From Flavobacterium sp. (GTDB lineage Bacteria > Bacteroidota > Bacteroidia > Flavobacteriales > Flavobacteriaceae): 64,000 nt of DNA. The first letter of the stretch is position 1. Each line of letters begins with the position of its first letter. The notes beneath the pieces are model-generated. The model was given only the letters and a program-made list of their open reading frames with translations. It was not told where the DNA came from and did not search any database. The DNA is taken from the NCBI RefSeq assembly GCF_044371705.1, contig NZ_JBILTE010000001.1:2570-66569 (forward strand). Reading direction: 5' to 3'. The position numbers were made by a program, and so were the translations under genes. Positions 6,474 through 15,141 of this stretch are shown here, in pieces.

Positions 6474-9410
6474 ATGAAAACAATTTATAAAAAGTTGTTA
6501 TTTGCGTTGCTCTTGTTGCCGCTTTCAATGCTGGCACAGAGTACTTTAACAGGAAATGTGTCCGATTCTGGATCGGGTCAACCATTACCTGGAGTAAACG
6601 TTATTATTAAAGGTACTACTAAGGGTACCACCACTGACTTTGATGGTAATTTCACACTGTCAAGTGTCACCAAAGGCGATGTGATTGAATTCTCATTCGT
6701 GGGTTACAAAACACAAGATATCTCCTACGATTCTCAAAAAACAATTACTGTTAAGTTACAAGAAGATTTAACACAATTAGATGAAGTAACTTTAGTTGCG
6801 GTAGGTTACGGTACCGTTAAGAAAAAAGATGCAACAGGAGCTGTCACAACAGTTTCGGCAAAAGACTTTAATAAAGGGGCAAATGTAACAGCAGAAAGTT
6901 TATTAAACGGTCGTGTTGCGGGTGTAACCATCAATCAAAGTGGTGCTCCGGGTTCAGGTTCTGAAATCAGAATTCGTGGAGGGTCTTCGCTTTTAGCATC
7001 AAATGATCCGTTGATTGTTATTGATGGTTTGCCTGTATCCAATTCAACAGGCGAAGGCTCAACTTCTATTTTGTCTTCTATCAATCCAAATGATATTGAA
7101 AGTTTTACGGTATTGAAAGATGCTTCTGCAACCGCTATTTATGGTTCTCGTGCATCCAATGGTGTAATTATCATTACTACCAAAAGAGCCGGTAAAAAAC
7201 TTCAGGTGGACTACAACTTCCAATATGGCTCAGGAAAAAAATTCAATCAAGTAGATGTTTACGATGCCGACCAGTTTAGAGCTCTTATTGGCAATGAGTT
7301 TGCCGGTAATGCTCCGGTTCTTGCAAAATTAGGCTCAGCAAATACTGATTGGCAAGACGAAATTTACAGACGAACCGATTTTGTAGATAACAACTTATCA
7401 ATTAAAGGTAATTTATTTAAAACAATTCCAACGCGTCTTTCCGTAGGTAACACCTATCAGGAAGGTTTGCGTTTAACCAATAATTTTAATAGAAATTCTA
7501 TTTCGTTAAATTTATCACCGGAGTTTTTTGAAAATCATTTAAAATTTAGAGTAGCGGCCAATTATACCAATCAGCAAAACAGATTTGCCGCAGGTGTTGA
7601 GGGTTCTGCTATTCGTTTTGACCCCACACAGCCGGTTTATGATGCAAATTCGCCTTACGATGGATTTTTTGAGTACAGAAATGGTCAACCAGGAACCGCT
7701 AACTTCTTAGCTCCTGCCACACGTAACCCAGTTGCTCAATTGCTGCAAACAGACGATACAGGTGTGAATAATAGATTCTTTGGAAACTTTGAAATAGATT
7801 ATAAATTCCATTTCTTACCCGAATTAAGAGCAGTAGTCAACATGGGTTATGACCAACAAAAAGGGAACAGAAGTATTCAGGTGAGTAGAAATGCTTTAAC
7901 TGGATTTATCAATGGTACGACACTTTATGGAAATGATTCCTACTCCGAGAGCACAACAACCAATAAATTGTTAGATACTTATTTAGTGTATAACAACGAA
8001 GTTGGTAATTTAGTGTATGAAGTGACGGGTGGTTACTCCTACCAAAAATTTGAAAATGAAGGAAACTTTACCAGAAACAGAAATAATCCTCAAGATGTCC
8101 CCGGATCGTATATAAATGACGATATTGTTTTAATTGGTTTCTTTGGTAGAGCGAATTTAAATTTCAGCAATAAATATTTATTAACCTTAACCTACAGACG
8201 TGACGGTACTTCTCGTTTTGGCGAAGACAATCGTTGGGGTAATTTCCCATCTGTGGCTTTTGCTTGGAAGTTAAAAGAAGATTTCTTTGCAGAAAGCAGC
8301 AAATTGTCCGATTTAAAACTTCGTTTAGGTTGGGGTATCACAGGTCAGCAAGATATTTCCGCAGGAACCTTCTTCTTACCTAAGTATAATATTGGAGATC
8401 CTTTTTCTCAATACATTATTGGCGGAGCAGTTTATCCGGTAGGAACACCTGACTCATACGGTCCTGTGAAGTGGGAAGAGACCTATTCATACAACGCAGG
8501 TATCGATTTTGGATTTATGGAGAATAGATTAACTGGTGCATTGGATGTTTTCTACAAACAATCGTATGACTTGTTTCAAACAGCTCCTTTTGCTGATGGG
8601 GGTAACTTTGGTAACCAAGGTCCGCAAAACATTGGAGATATGACCACACAAGGTGTCGAATTTTCGATTGCATATGATGTTATTAAAAAAGAAGATATCA
8701 CTTGGAATGTGTCTTTTAATGCTACAAAATTTGAAAGAAGAATTGATGAGTTAGCACTTGGTCAACCACTATTTACCGGTTTTACGGGTGCTGGAACAGG
8801 AGGTACATCTCAAATTTTACAAGAAGGATTTACACCTAATTCGTTCTTTGTTTACAAACAATTGTATGATGTAAGTGGTACTCCTATTGAAGGTGCTTTT
8901 GCAGATTTAGATGGAAACGGTATTATCAATGGTGAAGACCGCTACATTTACAAAAACCCGGATCCTGATTTTCTGTTAGGCTTCGCTACAAATGTAAACT
9001 ACAAAAACTTTGATTTAGGGTTTAACCTAAGAGCAAGTGTAGGTAATCGTATTTTGAATACTACCAAGTCTACAAGATCCTATAGCAGTACTTTACAAGA
9101 GGGTCAAGCTTTGGAAAATATTTCAACTTTCTATGAATTTACCGGATTCCAGCAACAAAATGGAGAAAATGTTTTATCTGATTTGTTCGTTGAAAATGGT
9201 TCGTTTTTACGAATGGACTATGCAACTTTAGGGTATACTTTCCCAAAATGGTTAGAAGGTAAAGCTTCCTTACGCTTGTTTACTTCGGTTCAAAATCCAT
9301 TTATTATTACAGAATATGATGGATTGGATCCTGAAATTACTGGTGGAATTGATGCAACAATATATCCAAGACAAAGACAGTTTTTGTTAGGAGCAAACGT
9401 GAAATTTTAA
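6474..9410 (+). CDS. susC: SusC/RagA-family TonB-dependent outer-membrane transporter
   Basis: Signal peptide, N-terminal carboxypeptidase-regulatory-like domain, plug motif LKDASATAIYGSRASNGVIIITTK, C-terminal GANVKF. Confidence 0.96.
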   Translation: MKTIYKKLLFALLLLPLSMLAQSTLTGNVSDSGSGQPLPGVNVIIKGTTKGTTTDFDGNFTLSSVTKGDVIEFSFVGYKTQDISYDSQKTITVKLQEDLTQLDEVTLVAVGYGTVKKKDATGAVTTVSAKDFNKGANVTAESLLNGRVAGVTINQSGAPGSGSEIRIRGGSSLLASNDPLIVIDGLPVSNSTGEGSTSILSSINPNDIESFTVLKDASATAIYGSRASNGVIIITTKRAGKKLQVDYNFQYGSGKKFNQVDVYDADQFRALIGNEFAGNAPVLAKLGSANTDWQDEIYRRTDFVDNNLSIKGNLFKTIPTRLSVGNTYQEGLRLTNNFNRNSISLNLSPEFFENHLKFRVAANYTNQQNRFAAGVEGSAIRFDPTQPVYDANSPYDGFFEYRNGQPGTANFLAPATRNPVAQLLQTDDTGVNNRFFGNFEIDYKFHFLPELRAVVNMGYDQQKGNRSIQVSRNALTGFINGTTLYGNDSYSESTTTNKLLDTYLVYNNEVGNLVYEVTGGYSYQKFENEGNFTRNRNNPQDVPGSYINDDIVLIGFFGRANLNFSNKYLLTLTYRRDGTSRFGEDNRWGNFPSVAFAWKLKEDFFAESSKLSDLKLRLGWGITGQQDISAGTFFLPKYNIGDPFSQYIIGGAVYPVGTPDSYGPVKWEETYSYNAGIDFGFMENRLTGALDVFYKQSYDLFQTAPFADGGNFGNQGPQNIGDMTTQGVEFSIAYDVIKKEDITWNVSFNATKFERRIDELALGQPLFTGFTGAGTGGTSQILQEGFTPNSFFVYKQLYDVSGTPIEGAFADLDGNGIINGEDRYIYKNPDPDFLLGFATNVNYKNFDLGFNLRASVGNRILNTTKSTRSYSSTLQEGQALENISTFYEFTGFQQQNGENVLSDLFVENGSFLRMDYATLGYTFPKWLEGKASLRLFTSVQNPFIITEYDGLDPEITGGIDATIYPRQRQFLLGANVKF

Positions 9411-9420
9411 ATAAAAAACT

Positions 9421-11016
9421 ATGAAAAAAATGAATGTTAAATTAATCGCTTTACTAGGGTTTGCTTTTTTAATGCAATCATGCGTAAACGATTTGGATGT
9501 AGCGATTGAAGATCCGTTTTCGGACACAGTCGAAGAATTCTACAGCCGACCTAATGCTTATGAGGAAGCAATAGCGGGTGTTTATGGTAATTTATCTTTG
9601 ACAGGTACTGATGGTGCAGGTTCTTCCAACATCGGAGGGATTGATGCCGGAACCAGTCAATATGGACGTACCTTGTGGTACATGCAAGTATTAGCTACGG
9701 ATGAGGTTATTTGGAGTTATGAAAATGACCCGGGGACTCGTGAAATTCAGCGTAATATATGGAATGCTGCCAATCCTATTTTCAGAGGAATGTTCAGTAG
9801 AGGAATGTTTCATGTGGCAGTAGCTAATGAGTTTTTAAAACAAACTACTCCAGAAAAATTAGCCGGAAGAGGCGTAACGGATCCTGCAAGAATTGCTAAA
9901 ATTGGGGAGTATAGAAACGAAGCTCGTGCTCACAGAGCCTTAGCATACTACCATATGATGGATTTATTTGGTAAAGCTCCTTTTGTTACTGAAAATGACC
10001 CAATTAACACTGCAGGGCCGGAGTATAACAGACAGCAATTGTTTGATTTTATTGAGTCGGAACTATTGGAGATTCTTCCAAATTTAAAAGCTCCCAGAAC
10101 CAATGAAGCAGGTAGATTAGACCAAGGTTTCGCTCGAATGATTTTGGCAAAAATTTATCTGAATGCAGAGGTTTACATCAACGAAAACAGATATGCAGAT
10201 TGTGTGGATCAGTGTACTGCTATTATTGGTTCGAGTTATACTTTAAATTCTAATTACTTGCATAATTTTACAGCAGATAATAATATATCACCTGAAATGA
10301 TTTTTGCCATTCAGTCTGACGGACAAGTTACTCAAAATTATGGACCAACTACTGTAATGATTAATGGTAGTGTTGGTTCAATTGAGCAAAACGGAGCTTC
10401 TTTAGGCGTTGGTTCAGGAGGTTGGGGTGGTGCTCTTCGCCTAAGAAAACAGTTTGTGCAAAAATTTGATGGAGCAGATTTCGATAATGATGCTAGAAAC
10501 ACAATTATATCCGGATCTAGAAATATTGATATTACGGATGTAGCAGACAGAGATTCAGGCTATATTTTGGCAAAATTCTCAAATGTTTCTTCTACAGGAC
10601 AACCGGGTATCAACTCTACATTTGTAAATACTGATTTTCCTTTATTCCGTTTAGCAGACGCCCATTTAATGTATGCTGAATGTGCTTTGCGTGGAGCCGG
10701 AAGTGCAGCTACTGCTCTTACTTATGTTAACGCATTGAGAACAAGAGCCAATAATGGTTCAACTGCAGCTAATATTTCAGCATCTGAATTGACTTTAGAT
10801 TTTATTCTGGATGAAAGAGCAAGAGAATTACATTGGGAATCACACAGAAGACAAGATTTAATTCGTTTCAACAAATATACCGGTGGTGTTTACAATTGGG
10901 CATGGAAAGGAAATGGAAGTAATGGAATTTCAATACCTTCTCATTTGAAATTGTACCCTATTCCAGAAGCATCATTGGCATCAAATCCGAATCTTACTCA
11001 AAATCCTGGTTATTAA
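9421..11016 (+). CDS. susD: SusD/RagB-family lipoprotein
   Basis: Lipobox LMQSC; FRLADAHLMYAE and ILDERARELHWESHRRQDLIRF motifs; C-terminal QNPGY. Confidence 0.95.
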   Translation: MKKMNVKLIALLGFAFLMQSCVNDLDVAIEDPFSDTVEEFYSRPNAYEEAIAGVYGNLSLTGTDGAGSSNIGGIDAGTSQYGRTLWYMQVLATDEVIWSYENDPGTREIQRNIWNAANPIFRGMFSRGMFHVAVANEFLKQTTPEKLAGRGVTDPARIAKIGEYRNEARAHRALAYYHMMDLFGKAPFVTENDPINTAGPEYNRQQLFDFIESELLEILPNLKAPRTNEAGRLDQGFARMILAKIYLNAEVYINENRYADCVDQCTAIIGSSYTLNSNYLHNFTADNNISPEMIFAIQSDGQVTQNYGPTTVMINGSVGSIEQNGASLGVGSGGWGGALRLRKQFVQKFDGADFDNDARNTIISGSRNIDITDVADRDSGYILAKFSNVSSTGQPGINSTFVNTDFPLFRLADAHLMYAECALRGAGSAATALTYVNALRTRANNGSTAANISASELTLDFILDERARELHWESHRRQDLIRFNKYTGGVYNWAWKGNGSNGISIPSHLKLYPIPEASLASNPNLTQNPGY

Positions 11017-11046
11017 AAAAAATTGTATAATATAAATATTAATAAA

Positions 11047-12090
11047 ATGAAAAATAAATTTAAAATAGTATTAATTGCCCTTTTGTCAATTGGGTTTTGG
11101 TCTTGTGAAGATGAACAAGAACTGTTGTTTTCAACGCCGGCAGCTGAATTTGCCATGATAACTCCAGATGCAGGAACAGCAGTTGTTTTAACTCCAGAGT
11201 TAGGAACAAATCCTGCTTTAACAGTAACATGGGAAGATGCTGATTACGGCACGCCTACTGCTGTAACTTATACAGTAGAAATTGCGGAAACAGGTACAGA
11301 ATTCGAAGATATTATTGAAGCCGCTACAACAAACGGCACAACTGTTACTTGGTCAGTTTTAGAATTAAATGGTGCAGCAGTTGCGGCTGGATTAACACCT
11401 TTCGTTGAAGGAGGTCTAGATATTAGAATTCGTGCAAACGTTGGGACTACGGGTTCTCAACCAACTTACTCCGATGAAAGAACAGTTTTAGTTACTACTT
11501 TTTCAACTGATTTGCCTAAACTCGCAGTTCCAGGAAACCACCAAGGTTGGAATCCACCGACGGCTCCAAGAATTGCAGCTTCTGCATTTGGTGAAACTGA
11601 CTACGAGGGTTTTATTTGGTTAGATGGTGGACATAAATTTGTTGGTCCTGATGCAGCTGGTAATTTCAATTGGGGTAATACTGACTGGGGTTGGAATGGT
11701 TCTGTAGCAGGTGTATTAGTTGAAACTGGCGAGCAAGATTTAAATGCTCCAGCAGGCTATTATAGAGTACGTGCGGATACTGATGCTTTAACATATTCAG
11801 AAGTTCTTACAACTTGGGGAATTATTGGAGCGGCTACACCAAACGGTTGGGATAGTAGTACACAATTAACGTATAATCCAACCACGAAATTTTGGGAAGG
11901 TACCGTTGTTATGACTGCCGGTGAATTCAAGTTTAGAGCGAATAATGATTGGGCAATCAATTTTGGTGGTCCTTCTGACGCGATGACTTACGATGGGCCA
12001 AATTTATCTGTAAATGCTGCCGGAACTTATATGGTTAAACTGGATTTAACAAATCCTAGAGAATACACTTATACGCTTACAGCTCAATAG
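11047..12090 (+). CDS. SusE/SusF-like surface starch-binding lipoprotein
   Basis: Lipobox FWSC followed by acidic EDEQE; CBM-like motifs GNHQGWNP, IIGAATPNGWD and KFRANNDW. ATG at 11047 is preferred over the TTG at 11023. Confidence 0.85.
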   Translation: MKNKFKIVLIALLSIGFWSCEDEQELLFSTPAAEFAMITPDAGTAVVLTPELGTNPALTVTWEDADYGTPTAVTYTVEIAETGTEFEDIIEAATTNGTTVTWSVLELNGAAVAAGLTPFVEGGLDIRIRANVGTTGSQPTYSDERTVLVTTFSTDLPKLAVPGNHQGWNPPTAPRIAASAFGETDYEGFIWLDGGHKFVGPDAAGNFNWGNTDWGWNGSVAGVLVETGEQDLNAPAGYYRVRADTDALTYSEVLTTWGIIGAATPNGWDSSTQLTYNPTTKFWEGTVVMTAGEFKFRANNDWAINFGGPSDAMTYDGPNLSVNAAGTYMVKLDLTNPREYTYTLTAQ

Positions 12091-12104
12091 TAGATTCAAA
12101 ATTC

Positions 12105-12136
12105 AAAAGAGGGCTGTTCATTCAGCCCTTTTTTTT
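12105..12136 (+). terminator. Rho-independent terminator after the susE-like gene
   Basis: Stem AGGGCTG/CAGCCCT followed by a T run. Confidence 0.75.
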
Positions 12137-12149
12137 CTAAAAATTGACC

Positions 12150-15032
12150 ATGAAAAAGATTTACTCAATAGTAATTGTATTCCTTTTGGTGTCTATTCAT
12201 ATACAGGCACAAGTTACAACCGTTCCTACTGTGCCCGAAGCGAACGCAGCTGTAACGATAAATTTTAATAAAACAGGTACGCCTTTAAGTACCTATAATG
12301 GAGTAATTTATGCTCATATCGGTGTCACGGTGAACGGACAACAATGGCAAAATGTTATTGGGTCTTGGGGTAATAACACCACACAGCCTGCATTGACATT
12401 GGTTTCAGGATCAAATTACACATTAAGTTTAACACCCGACTTGTTTACCAAATTTGGTGTACCAACATCAAGTTCAATTACCCAAATTTGTGTTGTTTTT
12501 AGAGCTGCCGCAGGATCTCCACAAACAGTGGATTACTTTTTAAATGTGGGTGCTTTTCAAGCAAACTTAGTATCGCCCGCAACAAATAGTACGTCCATTC
12601 TCAGTTCAGGTTCAAATTTGGCTATATCTGCCAATAATACTAACGGAAATGCAAATTATAATTTGTTGGCCAATGGCACAAGCATTCATACGTTTACAGG
12701 CAGTACTTATTCCTATACAGATAGCAATATTACTACAAACAAAAATTACGAATTACAAATTTCCCAAGGTGCAACAACACTTGTCAGAAAGTTTTCGGTA
12801 GTTGTGAATCCCGGAACTGTCACTCAGGCCATACCTGCCGGACTTCAAGACGGGATTAATTATAATTCTTCAGACCCTACAAAAGCAACATTGGTTTTAG
12901 ATGCTTTTAATAAAGATTTTATTTATGTTGCCGGAAGTTTTAATAACTGGCAACCTAACACTACCTATGCGATGAAGAAAGATCCTTCATCTACAAAATT
13001 TTGGCTCGAATTAACCGGTTTAACACCCGGACAAATATATACCTATCAATATTGGGTGGTCAAACAAACGCCAATAGCCAATTCTCCGGCTTTGGTTAAA
13101 GTTGCCGATCCTTATTCTACACTGGTTTTATCACCGTTTGATGATCCGGGGATTCCTGCATCATCTTTTCCTAATTTACCCGCTTATCCGCAAGGACAAG
13201 AGCGTGAAGTAACTGTTTTGCAAACAGGTCAAACGCCTTACGCATGGAGTGCAGCCACTACTAATTTTGTCAAGCCTAAAAAAGAAGATTTGGTAGTTTA
13301 TGAGGTTTTGGTAAGAGACTTTGACGCCAACAGAAATTACCAAGATTTGATCAATAAGATTGACTATTTTAAAAATTTAAAGGTCAATGCCATTCAATTA
13401 ATGCCTGTAATGGAGTTTGAAGGAAATGAAAGTTGGGGATATAATACCGCCTTTCACATGGCATTAGATAAATTTTATGGCACACCCACAAAGTTTAAAG
13501 AATTTGTTGACTTATGCCATCAAAACGGAATTGCTGTTATTTTAGATTTGGCACTAAACCATGCTTTTGGAAGAAATTCCCTAACACGAATGTGGATGAA
13601 CGATCCCGATGGTGATGGTTGGGGCGGACCAAGTGCAGAAAATCCCTATTTTAACCAATCAGCGATGCATAGTTATAATGTAGGAGATGACTTTAATCAC
13701 CAACAACCACGAACAAAGAATTACACCAAAAGAGTAATCGACCATTGGATTAATGAATATAAAATTGATGGGTTCCGTTGGGATTTAACCAAAGGATTTA
13801 CTCAAAATTGTCCGTCAAATGTGGCTGGAGGTCAGGAAAACTGTACCAACCAAACACAGGCAGACAGAGTAGCTGTGCTAAAAGACTATGCCGATCATTC
13901 TTGGTTGGCAGACCCTAATCACTATGTGATTTTTGAACATTTAGGGTCCGATAGTGAAGAAAAGCAATGGGCAGATTATCGCTTAAATGAAGGTAAAGGA
14001 ATTATGCTTTGGGGTAAAATGACTAATGAGTATAATCAGCTTTCGATGGGTTTTGCGTCCAATGCCAGTATAAATCGTGCAGGACACGTCAGTCGTAATT
14101 TTCTTAACAAGCGACTGATGGCCTATGCTGAAAGTCATGATGAAGAGCGATTGATGTATAAGAATTTACAATTTGGGAACAATTCTCAAGCGGCTCATAA
14201 TGTTCGTAATTTAAATGTTGCATTATCAAGAATGTCAGCCATTGGAGCAGTATTATTTACAATTCCCGGGCCAAAAATGATTTGGCATTTCGGAGCATTA
14301 GGTATGGAAAATTCAATTTTCACTTGTACAGACGGAACATTTAATGATCCTAGTGCTACCCTACCCGGTGATTGTAAATTGAGTACCAAACCACAACCTC
14401 AATGGGTGAATAATTGGTTGGGGAACGTCAATAGAGTGAAGATTTATAATGATTGGGCCAAACTAATTTCGTTAAAGGTAAACGAACCGGTTTTTGAAGG
14501 AAGTTATACCATTAGTCCCGAAGTTGTGAGTGGTTCAACAGATAATTTGCGTCAGAGAATTTATGTTTTTGATACATCATTACCCGAAACGAGTTTAAAA
14601 AATGTGGTGGTACTTGCAAATTTTGCTACTACAGCAGTAAGTATCAATCCAAACTTTCCATTTACCGGCGAATGGTATGATTTGATGGATAATTCAGCTT
14701 ATCAAGTAAATAATACTGCAACACCTATTAGTATTCCTCCGGGACAATTCAGAATTTTTGGAAACAAACAAGCTCTTCTATCATCAGAAGACTTGCAGTT
14801 TGCATCCACAGTCACTTTGGCTCCAAACCCAACAACCGACTTCTTCACACTGAATTCAGAGGTTGAAAGAGTTGAGGTCTATTCGTTAACAGGTCAATTG
14901 GTCAAATCCTTTACAAAAACGTATTCAATAGACTATCAATATGATGTTAATGATTTAAATACTGGGATTTATTTGGTAAAAGCTATCAATGAAAATAACC
15001 AAAGTAAAACAATGAAGTTAGTTAAAAAATAG
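12150..15032 (+). CDS. GH13 alpha-amylase with T9SS C-terminal sorting domain
   Basis: Signal peptide; GH13 catalytic regions DGFRWDLTKGF, IFEH and SHDEER; CTD-like tail LAPNPTT...YSLTGQLVK...GIYLVK...KLVKK. Confidence 0.92.
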   Translation: MKKIYSIVIVFLLVSIHIQAQVTTVPTVPEANAAVTINFNKTGTPLSTYNGVIYAHIGVTVNGQQWQNVIGSWGNNTTQPALTLVSGSNYTLSLTPDLFTKFGVPTSSSITQICVVFRAAAGSPQTVDYFLNVGAFQANLVSPATNSTSILSSGSNLAISANNTNGNANYNLLANGTSIHTFTGSTYSYTDSNITTNKNYELQISQGATTLVRKFSVVVNPGTVTQAIPAGLQDGINYNSSDPTKATLVLDAFNKDFIYVAGSFNNWQPNTTYAMKKDPSSTKFWLELTGLTPGQIYTYQYWVVKQTPIANSPALVKVADPYSTLVLSPFDDPGIPASSFPNLPAYPQGQEREVTVLQTGQTPYAWSAATTNFVKPKKEDLVVYEVLVRDFDANRNYQDLINKIDYFKNLKVNAIQLMPVMEFEGNESWGYNTAFHMALDKFYGTPTKFKEFVDLCHQNGIAVILDLALNHAFGRNSLTRMWMNDPDGDGWGGPSAENPYFNQSAMHSYNVGDDFNHQQPRTKNYTKRVIDHWINEYKIDGFRWDLTKGFTQNCPSNVAGGQENCTNQTQADRVAVLKDYADHSWLADPNHYVIFEHLGSDSEEKQWADYRLNEGKGIMLWGKMTNEYNQLSMGFASNASINRAGHVSRNFLNKRLMAYAESHDEERLMYKNLQFGNNSQAAHNVRNLNVALSRMSAIGAVLFTIPGPKMIWHFGALGMENSIFTCTDGTFNDPSATLPGDCKLSTKPQPQWVNNWLGNVNRVKIYNDWAKLISLKVNEPVFEGSYTISPEVVSGSTDNLRQRIYVFDTSLPETSLKNVVVLANFATTAVSINPNFPFTGEWYDLMDNSAYQVNNTATPISIPPGQFRIFGNKQALLSSEDLQFASTVTLAPNPTTDFFTLNSEVERVEVYSLTGQLVKSFTKTYSIDYQYDVNDLNTGIYLVKAINENNQSKTMKLVKK

Positions 15033-15058
15033 AGTTAGTTAGTAGTTATTCTATTTTC

Positions 15059-15088
15059 AAAAACCTTTTCTTCGGAAGAGGTTTTTTT
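15059..15088 (+). terminator. Rho-independent terminator after the amylase gene
   Basis: AAAACCTTTTC-TTCG-GAAGAGGTTTT stem with a UUCG loop and a T run. Confidence 0.8.
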
Positions 15089-15141
15089 GTACTTTTATCT
15101 CAAATATAATAGTAGTGCAACCGATTAATAGACAGAAGCAT

